A DNA stretch of 64,000 bases from Eledone cirrhosa (GCA_964016885.1 OZ024740.1:163618001-163682000), one strand, 5' to 3'; counted from the stretch's first letter, positions 38,491 to 54,561 are shown. Numbers and translations are program-made. Notes: generated from the letters alone by a model not told the origin.

Positions 38491-40609
38491 CATACAAAAT
38501 ACACATGCATATATATATACACATACATACATACATACATATATATATACATACATATACACACATATATATATACATACATATATATATACATATGAAT
38601 AAATTTAGTCCTTCATCAGTGATCTTCCAACCATCATTGGTATTTCATATACATACATATATACATACATATATATATATCTAAATACATACATACACAT
38701 ATATATACATACATATATGGTGGCTGCCAACTCGTTTTCGAGTACGGCTACTACTTTATATCCATGTAGGAGAACCCCTACCGATGCGCTGAACGAGTGT
38801 GACTTTTTAGTCCAGCCAGCGACCTGAAAACTCTGGTACAAACACTACACTTGTGACAATTATTGACACATAGTGCTTGGCCCATGGTACCATGTGACGA
38901 CAAGAGCAGAGAGATCTCCAGATCTAAAGCAATGCTTGTGCCGTGAAGCTTTTATAGTGAGCAAAGGCACTGCACAAAGCCAGTCCCACTCTCTTAACCA
39001 AGATGATATTTACCAAAAAGAAGAACAAGTCAACATCATTGGATACCATCATGGTTGCAGGTGTTATATCAGAGTTTTCCTTCTCCTAGAATTCTGCCTT
39101 GACAAAGGCTAAGGGGTCATCTCTACCGGTGATTTTGGATGGTCATTAACTCCTAAGAGTTCCTTTGCCCTTTGACAGGTTTTGTTTTTAGTCCTGCAGG
39201 ATGTCCAAAGTCACCCTCCTCACCAAGAAACCTTGGTGATGTTGCCAGTTTAGTCGCCAACGACCCGACCATTGGACAGGTTGTACTGGGATACATGTTA
39301 CCAGTAGCACCAACTAGTGACCTGACACATACTATATACAAACATATACATACATAAATACACATATACAAACATATGTTGGCTGCCAACTCGTTTTCGA
39401 GTACGGCCACTACTTTATACCCATGTAGGAGAACCCCTACCGATGCGCTAAACGAGTGTGACTTTTTAGTCCAGCCAGCGACTTGAAAACTCTGGTACAA
39501 ACACTACACTTGTGACGATTATTGACACATAGTGTGGGCCCATTGTACCATGCGACGACAAGTGCAGAGAGATCTCCAGATCTAAAGCAATGCCTGTGCC
39601 GCGAAGCTTTTATAGTGAGCAAAGGCACTGCACAAAGCCAGTCCCACTCTCTTAAACCAAGATGATATTTACCAATAAGAAGAACAAGTCAACATCATTG
39701 GACACCATCAGGGTTGCAGGTGTTATATCAGAGTTTTCCTTCTCCTAGAATTCTGCCTTGACAAAGGCTAAGGGATCATCTCTCATGGTGATTTGGGATG
39801 GCCATTGACTCTTAAGAGCTCCTTTGCCCTTTGACAGGTTTTGATTTTAGTCCTGCAGGATGTCCAAAGTCACCCTCCTCACCAAGAAACCTTGGTGGGG
39901 TTGCCAGTTTAGTCGCCAACGACCCGACCATGAGACAGGTTGTACTGGGATACATGTTACCAGTAGCACCAACTGGTGACCAAACATATACATACATATA
40001 TGGTGGCTGCCAACTCGTTTTCGAGTACGGCCACTACTTTATATCCATGTAGGAGAACCCCTACCGATGCGCTGAACGAATGTGACTTTTTAGTCCAGCC
40101 AGCGACTTGAAAACTCTGGTACAAAGACTACACTTGTGACCATTATTGACACATAGTGCAGGGCCCATGGTACCATGTGATGACAAGTGCAGAGAGATCT
40201 CCAGATATAAAGCAATGCCTGTGCTGTGAAGCTTTTATAGTGAGCAAAGGCACTGCACAAAGCCAGTCCCACTCTCTTAACCAAGATGATATTTACCAAA
40301 AAGAAGAACAAGTCAACATCATTGGATACCATCAGGGTTGCAGGTGTTATATCAGAGTTTTCCTTCTCCTAGAATTCTGCCTTGACAAAGGCTAAGAGGT
40401 CATCTCTCCCGGTGATTTTGGATGGCTATTGAGTCTTAAGAGCTCCCTTGCCCTTTGACAGGTTTTGTTTTTAGTCCTGCAGGATGTCCAAAGTCACCCT
40501 CCTCACCAAGAAACCTTGGTGGGGTTGCCAGTTTAGTCGCCAACGACCCGACCATGAGACAGGTTGTACTGGGATACATGTTACCAGTAGCACCAACTGG
40601 TGACCTGAC
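37713..40609 (-). mobile_element. Four tandem 609-bp bipartite RTE-derived elements (37713-38321, 38718-39326, 39377-39985, 40001-40609)
   Basis: Near-identical units separated by (TA/CA)n; 3' part encodes C2H2 CSVCTRVFKSLAGLKSHTRxAH; 5' part matches 31288-31552. Confidence 0.85.
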
Positions 40610-42953
<2,344 letters not shown>

Positions 42954-43089
42954 AGATACACATATATATGCATACACACACACATATATATATATATAAA
43001 GTACTTGACGATGAGGATTCTAGTTATTCAATAAACTGATTGAATGCAAACGATGTTTTAATATCCAGATTCATTATTTGTTTATATAC

Positions 43090-43262
43090 TGGTACTTTAT
43101 TTTATCGACCCTTATGGGGTCGAAAAAATAAAGTACCAGTAATACACTGGGTAATTGCTGACCTTGTGCCAAAAGTAGAAACAATTATTTGTGTATATAC
43201 ATATAATTGTTTCTACTTTAGGCACAAGGCCAGCAATTACCCAGTGTTTTACTGGTACTTTA
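43090..43262. mobile_element. Two adjacent SINE 3' fragments with 17-19 bp TSDs, first with fold-back
   Basis: TSDs 43073-43089/43184-43200 and 43189-43207/43263-43281. Confidence 0.8.
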
Positions 43263-43695
43263 TTGTGTATATACATATAATATATACAAAGCATATAAAT
43301 AAATTTACAGTAGAATAGCATAGCAAATATGTTTTAAATATATACATAAATAACATTATAAATTGCTCGCGATTCTTTCAGAAGGATATATTCCTTTAAT
43401 GTTGCAATATTAAAGAAAATGTAAGTATATATACATACATATATTTATTCAATTAAGGAAAGTTGGTTGATTGAAAATCTGCCGACTTTTTCATAAGAGA
43501 TGACAAGCACTCAACTATTTATGTTTATCCGGAGTTTTATTATAATAATAAACAAGAAAAACGGTATCATTTTCCCATCCATATTTATTTTATTATGCGT
43601 ATTTTAAAGGCATATACCATTTGTATAACATCTACCCTGCGTGATCTCTTCAGACAAAATCCCCCATATCAACGAATATTTACATCTTGTATGGA

Positions 43696-43767
43696 TTTTT
43701 GTCTGAAGAGAACATGTATGGCAGATGCTATACAAATGACATTTCTTCGAAATACTTATAATAAAAT
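43696..43767 (+). ncRNA. Hammerhead motif in inverted PLE pLTR pair (43552-43662 / 43693-43802)
   Basis: TTTTGT-CTGAAGA-GAA..TGTATGGCA-GA-TGCTATACA..TTC-GAAAT-ACTT-ATA-ATAAAA. Confidence 0.6.
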
Positions 43768-44479
43768 AAATAGGGATGGAGAAGTGATACCGTCTTTCTT
43801 CTTTATTATTATATACACACACACAGAGACGTGTATATATATATATATATATAATGTCGGTAAAGTTTTTTTTATCGATATTTGTCGGGCATCCACTGAT
43901 GATTTATAAGTACCCACCCACATATATTCCTACGGACTATGTGTAGGCTTCTACATAACCTGGACATTATTTTCCCAATTTGTAGAAAACTTATAATGAA
44001 ACGATCGCTTGGAAAGAGAGATGTATTTTAATTATGTCTCATATAAAATAATACAACTGGCTATCCGCAAAATACGTATAGTTAGCATCCCAAACGTATA
44101 ATTGGGATTATACTAAGGTATATCCTAATGTCTGTTGAGTGAGACGGAAGCCGGTCGGAGTATTGCTTAAAGCTTTCTCTGTTAATGTATTAAATATATA
44201 TATATATATATATATACATACATAGTAATAATAATAATATTTATACTTATATATGATTATAAATATGGAGGGTAATACTAAGTACTAGCCAGTTACCGGT
44301 AGGAGAAAAGGCTCAATGTAAATTTTCAAATGTATTACAGAGCCGAGATACAAAATATAAAACAATCAAATCAAAATATAAAACAATCAAATTAATACAT
44401 TTAATTTCTGACAATTGTTTCTTCCAGACGAATGTATATTAATTATCAGATCTCCTGTATGTCTATGATCAGATCTCCA

Positions 44480-45249
44480 GTCAGATTCTTAATCGACTCA
44501 GAAGTAGAAGTCAGTGTCATCCCGGCATCTGCAAACGACCTCCGTTATAGAGAGGGGAGTCAGTGGCAGCTGCCAATGATTCTACAATCAAAGCTTACAG
44601 ATACCGTACTCTCTCCCTCCACAGAGGCTCACCGTAATATACATGGACATTCACCGTCGCTGATGCCCATCAGCCTATCATTGGAGCAGACATCCTTCGG
44701 GCTCACTCACTGCTGGTCGATAATCAGGGGAGACGACTCGTCAATAGCAGTAAGTATGCCTTTGTTTCTCTGGCAACATCTGCACGTGACTTTTCATATA
44801 TCAAACGTTTCTGAGACCAAGAATGAGTTCTCGGAATTCCTTTTGAATTACCTGAAACTCATTATCATGACATCTCCCAATCCCCAACTCACCACAGAGT
44901 AAAGCACCACATTCCAACCACCAGTTCTCCAGTACACAACTGTGTATGTCGTCTTCCACCAGACAAATTTGCTATTGTGAAGGTCAAATTTGACAATATG
45001 GAAGCTTTGGGCATCGTTCATCGATCAAGCCGTCCCTGGTCTTCACCTCTACACGAAGCGCCAAAACCCAACAGAGCTTGGCGACCCAGCAGCGATTATG
45101 GCCGTCTTAACAAAAGTACCTTACCCTACTGCTACTCTATTCTGTATATACAAGACTTCTCGGTTCAGTTAGCAGGGTGCTCGATTTTCTCCAAAATCTA
45201 CCTCAACCGAGGTTATCATCAATTACCTGTACTAGATGATAACATGTAA
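44480..45249 (+). pseudogene. Ty3/Gypsy protease-RT fragment
   Basis: FLIDSEVEVSVIP, WTFTVADAHQPIIGAD, GIVHRSSRPWSSPLH..WRPSSDYGRLN..FSKIYLNRGYHQLP. Confidence 0.92.
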
Positions 45250-45795
45250 ATACAATTTAATACAAAAAGAAAAAAGAAAATTTAGATTGAAAAGAAAGAA
45301 TGGAATGTAAAATAAGAAAATATTTAAAAAAACGGAAAAAGAAAGATATAACAAGGGCTCTAGTGAAAATAATGTGAGTAGTAAATGTTTTAATATTGTA
45401 TTATTTCACTTTTTCACGGGGTTTTCATTCAAATGATTCCCAATTACATAGTTATAAATCTATAAATATACAAATATATGTTGTTTGAATGTGGAAATGA
45501 CATTTTCATTATTTAAAAAGTTAAAACAACAACCTTTCAAATTTTACAAAAACATTCTTTCAGAATTTCTTACCATTTGTCTCAGAACGTTTTCTCGATA
45601 TTTTCAATTCAAATGATGATCAAGTACATAAATATAAATATATGAATATATTTCGTTTTCATTTGAAAAGCGTTAATATATTTTGATATAGATTTGTCAT
45701 TCCATTTCCATCCTTAAAAAAATTGTTTGTAACATTTCAAATTTTCAGAAATTGAAACACTATAAAATTAATTCTTCCATTATTAAATGCGCATT

Positions 45796-46000
45796 GAGGA
45801 TGGTGGATTGGCAGCGTTGTTAAAGAGTCGGACAAATGCTTCACAGTATTCGCTCCAGCTCTTTACAAATCCCATCTAAGTTAGCATAGCTTTTCATCCT
45901 TACGGGTTCGATACAATAAAGTACCAGTAACGCACTGGGGTCGATGTAATCGACTTTCCTCTCCCGCAAAATTGCTGGCCCTGTGCTTATAGTAGAAATC
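45796..46000 (+). mobile_element. tRNA-SINE, 17-bp diverged TSD
   Basis: TSD ATTATTAAATGCGCATT (45779-45795) / ATTATAAAATGAACATT (46001-46017). Confidence 0.85.
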
Positions 46001-46431
46001 ATTATAAAATGAACATTAATTTCATAATTTTGCTCATGTCATAACATTCTTCTTTCCCCTTCATTCACACACCGTAGACATATGTGTGACCTATGTAGCC
46101 TATTTAAACATAATCATCAAAATGAAGGTACATTAGTATTGTTCAAATGTAGCTCTCTAATCCATTACATCACGATACTTTACAAATATTTTTCATAGCA
46201 AGTGATTGGGGCTATAATCAACCATCTCCGCCCCTGGCTCTATGGTCCTTCATACATACACAAACACATGTTTATAAATATATATATAGAGAGAGAGAGA
46301 AAGTGTGTGGTGCTGAGACGGAGGAGACCACTAATCATGGGAGTACTCGATACATGGAGAGATGCCGAGTGGGTAGAGAGGTATGTAAAATCCCAACCGC
46401 TCTTCGCCAAGCGGTAGGGATTTTATATCTT

Positions 46432-46585
<154 letters not shown>

Positions 46586-47332
46586 TAATATACAAAAAGA
46601 CGTTGTGTAGCGAAATCATTGTTTAGTGAGTTTTGTTATTGTACGAAACTAGGGCGTATTGTTATATCATCATATTTAATCTTCATTTGCGACATAAATT
46701 TACCAAAGACAACAGATCACCTTCGGCTATAATGGTACAAACAAGACACCAAACGTCCTCTTAGTTCTCGTTCCATCACTAGTTTTCTTTGACCAATTTT
46801 GGACAGAGGGTTAGACAGCTAGCCATGGCTTAATTCCCTTACTCTCTTGCATTCTCTCCACACACATCTTTAGCCTGTCTCTCTCGATGCACATCACTGT
46901 TCACAGTTTGTTCTGTCTAACTCTTTACATTACATCTCCACACAAATATCATGTAATGTAAAAACTTTGTTTATTTTCATTTGCTATAATTATATTTCTA
47001 TGATACAAACACCTTGTAGTTCATTATATTGTTGATTCAACTTAAAACTATTCTTCTGTTAATACAAATCATTCAAAGGTTTGAACGTTGTTTCTAATCT
47101 TAGATTGTCGAATAAATAATTCTATTTTTATTCAATAGATGACTTCATTTTTCTCTGTTCACTTTTCATTAACATCAATATTGAGTGAGTATGTGTGGTA
47201 TTTGGCTGAAGACTTCAAACGTGCTAATCATGTGTTCTTGACTATAACACAATTTACTCAAATTAACTTCACTTCAACAAAACAACCACCAATTCCTCAC
47301 GACAACACATAATGAATCCCTCAAGTATTATC

Positions 47333-48333
47333 TACTTATATATATAACCAGCAATTTCTCTGTCTGTCTGTCCGACAGTGGAAACACGTGCGCGCGTGCG
47401 AATGTTTTTTGCACACGCGTAGAGAGAGAGTGAGAGTGAAAGAAAGAGACAGACTACGAGAGGGGGAGAGAGGGAGAGAGAGAGAGTGAATAGACGCTAA
47501 AACACGTGCTACAGAAATATTACCTTCCCCTTACTTTCTCCACTTTAGTACTACCAAGAGAAACACTGTCGCTATAGAAACATTACCTTCCCCTCTCCAC
47601 TGACTTTGGTCACTGAGGCCGAGGGAATCGCTGGTTGCTATAGAGACACCTTGCACAAGCCAGAAGTAACCAGTTCGAGGCGGTTCTGACTTGACACCAT
47701 GCCAAGGACCATTTGAAGAAGGTTGCCATTGAATTTGTGGTTGTTGCTGCTGATAATAAGAACCATTTGAAGAAGGTTGCCATTGAATTTGTGGTTTGAA
47801 GAAGGTTGCCATTGAATTTGTGGTTGTTGCTGCTGATAATAAGGACCATTTGAAGAAGGTTGCTGCTGATAATAAGGACCATTTGAAGAAGGTTGCTGCT
47901 GATGAGGTAATTTATTAATCAGATTGCGCAGTTCCATAACCTACGTTTGATTTGTTCAATTTTTTTCTTCAATTTATTTTGTTGTTTTTTTTTTATTTAT
48001 TATTGAAAAAGTATAAATAATAAAATAAGGTTAGAAATTTAAATACAATTAAATACGATTTAATTTCCATCTCCTTATAATATATAACCAGCAATTTCTC
48101 TGTTTGTCTATCTGTCTGTCCGACAGTGGAAACACGTGCGCGCGTGCGAATGTTTTTTGCGCACGCGTAGAGAGAGAGTGAGAGTGAAAGAAAGAGACAG
48201 ACTACAAGAGGGGGATAGCGAGAGGGAGAGAGGGGAGAATTGAGGAGTGCTACAGAAACATATATACATTTCTGTGTGTGTGTAATATATATATATACTA
48301 GCAGAAAACCACCCGTGGGCGGTTTTCTGCTAG
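47333..48333 (+). mobile_element. Non-autonomous Helitron(s) with duplicated 5' module (47333, 48070) and captured Q/P-repeat ORF
   Basis: TC..ATATATAACCAGCAATTTCTC 5' ends; terminal palindrome ending CTAG at 48333. Confidence 0.7.
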
Positions 48334-48651
48334 TCTATATATATAAAACTGAGGATGTCTGTGTGTGTGTGTGTGTGTGAGTTTGAATCCCTAAAATTCG
48401 AGAACCACCCAACCAACTCTTTTCAAACTTTACACATATAATACTTATGTTTCAGGGAGTGTTCTGAGCAAAAACAATTTCAAATTTTCAATGCCCTAGG
48501 GACCGCATTAGGCGATTTAGCGATCTCTCTCTATAATTCTTAGTCTTTCTCTTTTTAGATAGATACATACATATAACGTCGCGCCCTTATAATATATGTC
48601 TGTATGTCTGGCTATCTGCATTACGTCACTTCCCTGAGGATATCTGTCTCT

Positions 48652-48714
<63 letters not shown>

Positions 48715-49318
48715 TGTGAGTTTGAATCCCTAAAACTCGAGAAATACCCAACCTACTTTTTTCAAACTTTACATGTGTATTACGTATGTTTCAGGGAGTG
48801 TTATGCACATAAAAATTTCAGCTTTTTGATCCCCTGGGTGAAAAACTGCGTTTGATCTCCTAGGTGAAAAACTGCGTTTTTTCGGGTTTTTAGGGGGTTT
48901 TTTGAGGTGTTACCTCAGACAGATTTCCTTGAAATTGTAACTATATATTAGTCAGTCTCTTCTTCATACCGTGAGCAAAGAAAATCTAACTTTTTTATGG
49001 CCTAGGGCCCGCATTAGGTGAAAACCTTCATTTTTTTCAGCTTTTTAGGGCTCTTTTGAGGCGTTACGTCGAGCCGATTTTCCCGAAATTATGCACATAT
49101 AAAAAATTAATTTTCTTGATCCCCTAGGGCCCGCATTAGGTGAAAACCTGCATTTTTCCTGCTTCACCGAGGAAATTCTTAAAGATTATCCAGCCATCAG
49201 AGTATTCGGTTTATTTTCTTTACATATTGTCCAGGCATGCAGTTTTTCCACGATTAGTCTGTTGGCGGCCCGCCTTCCAAAATACCTTATCCCGTGCAAC
49301 GCCGGGTACCACTGCTAG
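48334..49318 (+). mobile_element. Non-autonomous Helitron
   Basis: 5' TCTATATATATAAAACTG; 3' hairpin CCCGTGCAACGCCGGG..CTAG|T. Confidence 0.88.
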
Positions 49319-49493
49319 TATTCAATATGGAAATCAAACATCTTTTTTCATACAGGTTTCCTCGTTGGCTCGTGATCAACTAAATGTGATATCAGTTGCT
49401 GTTGTTTGGCCCTGAGTCAGGCGTCAATCAGCTTGTCTATGATCAAAGTCATTCTAGTCGTGACCATACCGCCTTTTCTTATTCAAACATAAT

Positions 49494-49699
49494 GGTTTAT
49501 CATTCTGGCACAAGACCAGTAGTCTTTAGTGAAGGAAGGGAAGTCGATTTTATCGACCCCAGTACTTTATTTTATCAACCTCGGAAGGATGAAAAGCAGA
49601 ATTGACATTAGCAGCACTTGAACTCAGACTATAAAGAGCCAGTACAAATATACCACTACGTATTTTCTGACACTGACTACTCTGGCAATTCATTGTTCC
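49494..49699 (-). mobile_element. tRNA-SINE, 18-bp TSD; another copy at about 49910-50075
   Basis: TSD TTCTTATTCAAACAT(A/T)AT at 49476-49493 and 49700-49717. Confidence 0.85.
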
Positions 49700-50124
49700 T
49701 TCTTATTCAAACATTATGTATCAATTTCATCTAATGTTCCCTTCAGAAAATGTATAGTGGAGTACGTTGTCCAATATGCCCGTCTTTTTCAATACCGTAG
49801 GATATGGTTTGAGAGACATCTTGTTGCTATTACTTACAGATCGAACGACCACATAGTGTTTATTTATTGATTTCTTTCCTACAATCACAAAGGATTTTTT
49901 TTTCTTTTCTGGTGGGCAATATAATCGATTATATAGATCCCAATTAACGACTGGTACTTTATTTTATTGACTCTGGGAGGGTAAAAAGTAAGCTTCACCA
50001 TGGCGGCATTTGAACTCAGAACATAAAGAGACGCAACTAAACACTGAAAAGTATTTTGTCCGGCGTTCTACTGATTCGGAGCGCGTGGGACAGACAGAGT
50101 ACGACATAAGCGCAGAAGGAGGGT

Positions 50125-50515
50125 GAAGAGAGAGAGAGAGTTGGAGTGAGACAGAGAGAGAGTGTAACGGTAAGAGACTGAGACAGCGAGAGAGTGAGAC
50201 AGAGTGACAGAGATAGAGTGATACAGAGACAGAGTGAGACTGTGAGAGGGTGAGAGGGTGAGACAGTGAGAGAGCGCAACAGTGAGACAGTGAGAGAGTG
50301 AAACAGTGAGAGAGTGAGACAGTGAAACAGTGAGAGAGTGAAACAGTGAGACAGTGAGAGAGTGAAACAGGGAGGGAGTGAGACAGAAAGTCAGAGATTG
50401 AGTGATACAGAGACAGGATGAGACAGCGAAAGAGAGAATGAGACAGAGCGAGGGGGAACGAGAGGAAGAGAGAGAGACGGGGAGAGATGGAGCGAGTAAG
50501 AGAGAGAGAGACAGT
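50125..50515. repeat. (GAGACAGT/GA)n purine-rich minisatellite
   Basis: Direct reading. Confidence 0.9.
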
Positions 50516-50972
50516 ATATATAACTTAACCAAGAATGTGATCATAGTTTGTACTTTTAAGAATAACATCAGCTTATTTTTAGCTATCCATCAAGCAGGCT
50601 ATACCACATACACACACATACGTGCATATATGCATGTGGAGATGTTACAATATGTAGGTGGTTTAGTGTGCGTGTGTATGTGTATGTGAATGTTTCTTGT
50701 AAAAATACATATGTATTGTGCATGTATGCAATGCCGGGTTTAAGCTTGATAAGGTCCTAAGCTTGATGAAGTCTTAAGCTTGGAGGTCTCATGTAGCTTG
50801 TTTAGCTCATGGTCAAATCTAACATTGTGTGTATGCATGAAAGGGGTTGTGTTGTTATACTATGTTATACGTGTGTGAGTGAATATGTGGGCTATTATAT
50901 AAATGTGATCTTGCATGTGTGTATATGTGAATGTATGCATGTTGATATGATTGATTTTATATGAACAGCGTA

Positions 50973-51629
50973 ATTAGCAGTGTATCCCGGCGTTGCACGG
51001 GTAAGAACATTGGTAATAGCACCTCCAATGAGAAACGTTTATTTGTGAGTGCCTGTTAAAAACTCACGAAAATATACCGACAGGAAACTTGAAGTTGAAA
51101 TTGAAAAAAGAAGTTGAACGTACAGTTTAGCTGTAGAAATATTGTTGAGCCCCTTCTTTTCATACTCCTCTGTTTTTGGTCTTTTGGAGTAAATGTGAAA
51201 GAGAAAGTCACAGGTTAAGTTGGCAGAAGGTTCCAGTTTCATAGCAGTAAGGCGTAAGCTACTTAGTTCAAAAGTTCATTCGCACTCTTTCCACTAAGTT
51301 ACTCTTTCTCTTTATCCCTCTCGGTGCAGTCCCTTGCGAATTTCTCGCGTAGACCTGGTGTAGATTTGCACCCGATCCATCTACTCTGTACGGCTTTTGG
51401 AGGAAGGAGTGACCAGCAGTATTATTACGAAAAGGTGTGGCAGAGAATCCCGCGTGAACTAACAGCTCGGGAGGAAACTGCTTACCTCGAACATTCATTC
51501 GCCATCGTTCTTGTCAACGCTCCGTTTACTTGGTATTTGTTGGTCTACAGTTAGATGAATGGCGCACAAAGGATTAATGTTTATTGGCAAGAAGATTTTT
51601 GAATAATAAAAGATGGGTTAAAGCAACCT

Positions 51630-51632
<3 letters not shown>
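50973..51632 (-). mobile_element. Helitron-like element; part recurs at 57246-57495
   Basis: Minus 3' end CCCGTGCAACGCCGGGATACACTGCTAA. Confidence 0.65.
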
Positions 51633-51697
<65 letters not shown>

Positions 51698-51866
51698 GGA
51701 TACTATTTATAGTTATGTATATTTTAAACTATAAACAGGGAAGGTCAGTAATGTATTACTACCTTATTACCAGTAAGATAAATAGCTCAATGTAATAACA
51801 TCAGTTGTTCTATAGAGCAGTTATATAGAATTCACAAGAATCAAATCTATATTCAAAACATTTATT

Positions 51867-51913
51867 CACTTACAATTGTTTCATCCAAACCTAGGCTTGA
51901 GGTCTTCGGAGCA
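51867..51913 (-). ncRNA. Degenerate hammerhead motif
   Basis: Minus: CCGAAGA-CCT-CAAGCC-TA-GGTTTG-GAT-GAAAC-AATT-GTA; related GAAACAATTGTC near 44410-44425. Confidence 0.55.
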
Positions 51914-52345
51914 TTTTTTAATGCTTGTACATATAATTGTCCTCCTATCCAACGCAAGAGACATACAGATACATATATATATTGATGTACAGTGGAGCGA
52001 CATATATTATACTATACTATATTTGTATAGTAATTCAAATTTAAAATTAAAATTAAAACTAAAATACATGCGGCAGATAACACAGATAATGCAAGAGAAT
52101 AGTCCGATAATCAGATCTAGTAGATGGTGTATGCGTTAGTCATATATAGAGCATGCAAGTGTGTCTCATTTATATAAGAGTATTATTGGCAAGGTATTAC
52201 ATGTAATACAAGCACTTTAAGCGGGTAAGCAAGAGTATTATGGTGGTTGTAGTGGGAGGGTATTTTTTGTATAGATCAAATTAGTATGTGTGTAGAAAAA
52301 GAAAAAGAAAGTTATAGTTTTCACATCCACCACCATTTTCATGTT

Positions 52346-53066
52346 ATAAGCTTGAAACTAGTACAGAATTCCTTTGTCAGTGTTGAACAAATGAGCAACG
52401 ATGATTGCTAGACACTGTAGGGCTTAATTCGGGATGTTTGTTTACAAACACACCGAGCATTATAATAAATGTTCGGTGAATCCATACATACATATATATA
52501 TGTGTGCATGTATGTATATATATATACATACTACTGTACGTCTGTATACATATATGTATGTACGTATACATACTTATATTTAAGTAACAGCCGTACTAAG
52601 AGTGAGAAATGAAATTTCGTTTCATTTTTTCCGTTTATCGTTTTCGGTACCCCGGCCGATTAACTCACTCCATATGCAAATTGGGCTGCTCAGCCGTTAA
52701 TATGCATAAGGAAAGTATATACTTTCAGACGTTCAATCATCTGACAGGAAGGTATACGTTGCTGACGATAGCTAATAAGCTTGAAACTAGTACAGCGTTC
52801 CTTCGTCAGTGTTGAACAAATGAGCAACGATGGTTGCTAGACACTGTACGGCTTAATTCGGGATGTTTGTTTTCAAACACACCGAGCATTATAATAAATG
52901 TTCGGTGAATCCATACGTACATATATATATGTGTGCATGTATATATATATATATATACATACTACTGTACGTCTGTATACATATATGTATGTACGTGTAC
53001 ATACTTATATTTAAGTAACAGCCGTACTAAGAGTGAGAAATGAAATTTCGTTTCATTTTTTCCGTA
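52346..53066 (+). mobile_element. Partial-tandem PLE pLTR repeat, period about 430 bp
   Basis: About 52346-52635 recurs at 52775-53066; HHR spans the second start. Confidence 0.8.
52756..52798 (+). ncRNA. Minimal type I hammerhead ribozyme, intact core
   Basis: ACGTTG-CTGACGA-TAGCT-AATA-AGCTT-GAAAC-TA-GTA-CAGCGT; palindromic stem III ACTAGT. Confidence 0.85.
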
Positions 53067-53084
53067 TATATATATATATGTATA

Positions 53085-53171
<87 letters not shown>

Positions 53172-53537
53172 TCCACCCCTCATCTAACCACCCTTCCCCA
53201 ACTAATATACTAACATCCCTTCCCTCCCCTCTTCTCCTCCTCCCCCCTCCTTATCACACGCACACACTTACACCACCCACCCCACACGCAACTAACATCA
53301 CTAACACCCTCCAACCCCACGCACACGTACCCACACACCCTCGTACACCACCAACTCTACACACCCTACCCCCACTAACACCTGCATTCCACCCCTCCCC
53401 ACCTCCCGTCTACTAACACCCACTAACACCTCCTCACCAAACTACACACACACCAGTACACCACACTCCCTCCATAGAACCACACACACCCTTCTCTCCC
53501 CACTCCACACTCACTCATCCCACTAACACCCCTACTA

Positions 53538-53586
<49 letters not shown>

Positions 53587-54412
53587 CCTCACTCCAACTC
53601 TCACACCTACCCATCCTCGCCTCCCTACCATTCCGCTGACTGCTGCTATGCCCTTCCGACCACTGTCTCAGCACCAACTGACCACAGCACTTCCACTGCT
53701 GACCACTTCCTGTTGCGCGCGCACCCCACATCTCTCCTCTTCCGACCACCGCTTCTTGGATTACCCACACGCGTTTTGACTTCCAACCAAAATTTCCATA
53801 CATCCGTGTAACTTACCACTTTCAACCATCCTCTAACACCATCACCTATATAACTCACCCACACACACATCCCAAAACAATTTTTTTTTATCCACACGCC
53901 ACCCACACCCACAACACGCTTAAACCACACACACGTGCTTCCCACCACATATTTACACCCTCAGCCCCTGATTCCTCTCCCCCCACCCCCTATCCACACA
54001 CGCACAGACCCTCCGACACACAAAAACACCCCCCACACACACCTTACTGAACATGCAACCCCGTTCTTCCCCCAACCCTCACTTTCACATACACACACAC
54101 ACACGCACACCTAACCACACACACCACCTTCAGCCCTCCCCGCTCGGACACCCCGTCTCCCTCTCCTCACTCCACCCGCCTCCACCTCTACTCACCCCAC
54201 ACCCTTCCACCACCTGTTTACCCCCCTTTTAATTTCAGTTTATTTTGATCATGCCTTTATTTTTAAATGTTCTCATTCCTTGTATTTTGATCATGCTTTA
54301 TTTTTATTTATTATTTATTATATTTTTGTCTTTATTTGTTAATTTTTCATTCGCACCGTTTCCTTTCGCTGTATGTCTCTCCACCACTCCCCTACACACC
54401 TTTTGAACTCTT

Positions 54413-54444
54413 ACCTGAAGAAGGGCTTATGCCCGAAACGTCGT
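54413..54444 (+). ncRNA. Minimal hammerhead ribozyme ending a C/A-rich PLE-like remnant (about 53170-54530)
   Basis: CTGAAGA-A-GGGC-TTAT-GCCC-GAAAC-GTC; AATAAA at 54481. Confidence 0.85.
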
Positions 54445-54561
54445 CCTCCACCTACCCCCCACTCTCCTGAGCGTGAATCTAATAAACATTTGTCGTACTG
54501 CCTCTCTGTTCTGTCCCTGTTCAATTTTTTATTATATATATATATATATATATATACATAC

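Noticed and set aside
37713-40609. CRISPR-like repeat-spacer array
   Set aside because: Repeats are 609 bp, spacers are microsatellites, the context is eukaryotic and there are no cas genes
51324-51554. CRE-like C-terminus (REETAYLEHSFAIVL)
   Set aside because: Only superficial similarity and no PD-(D/E)xK motifs
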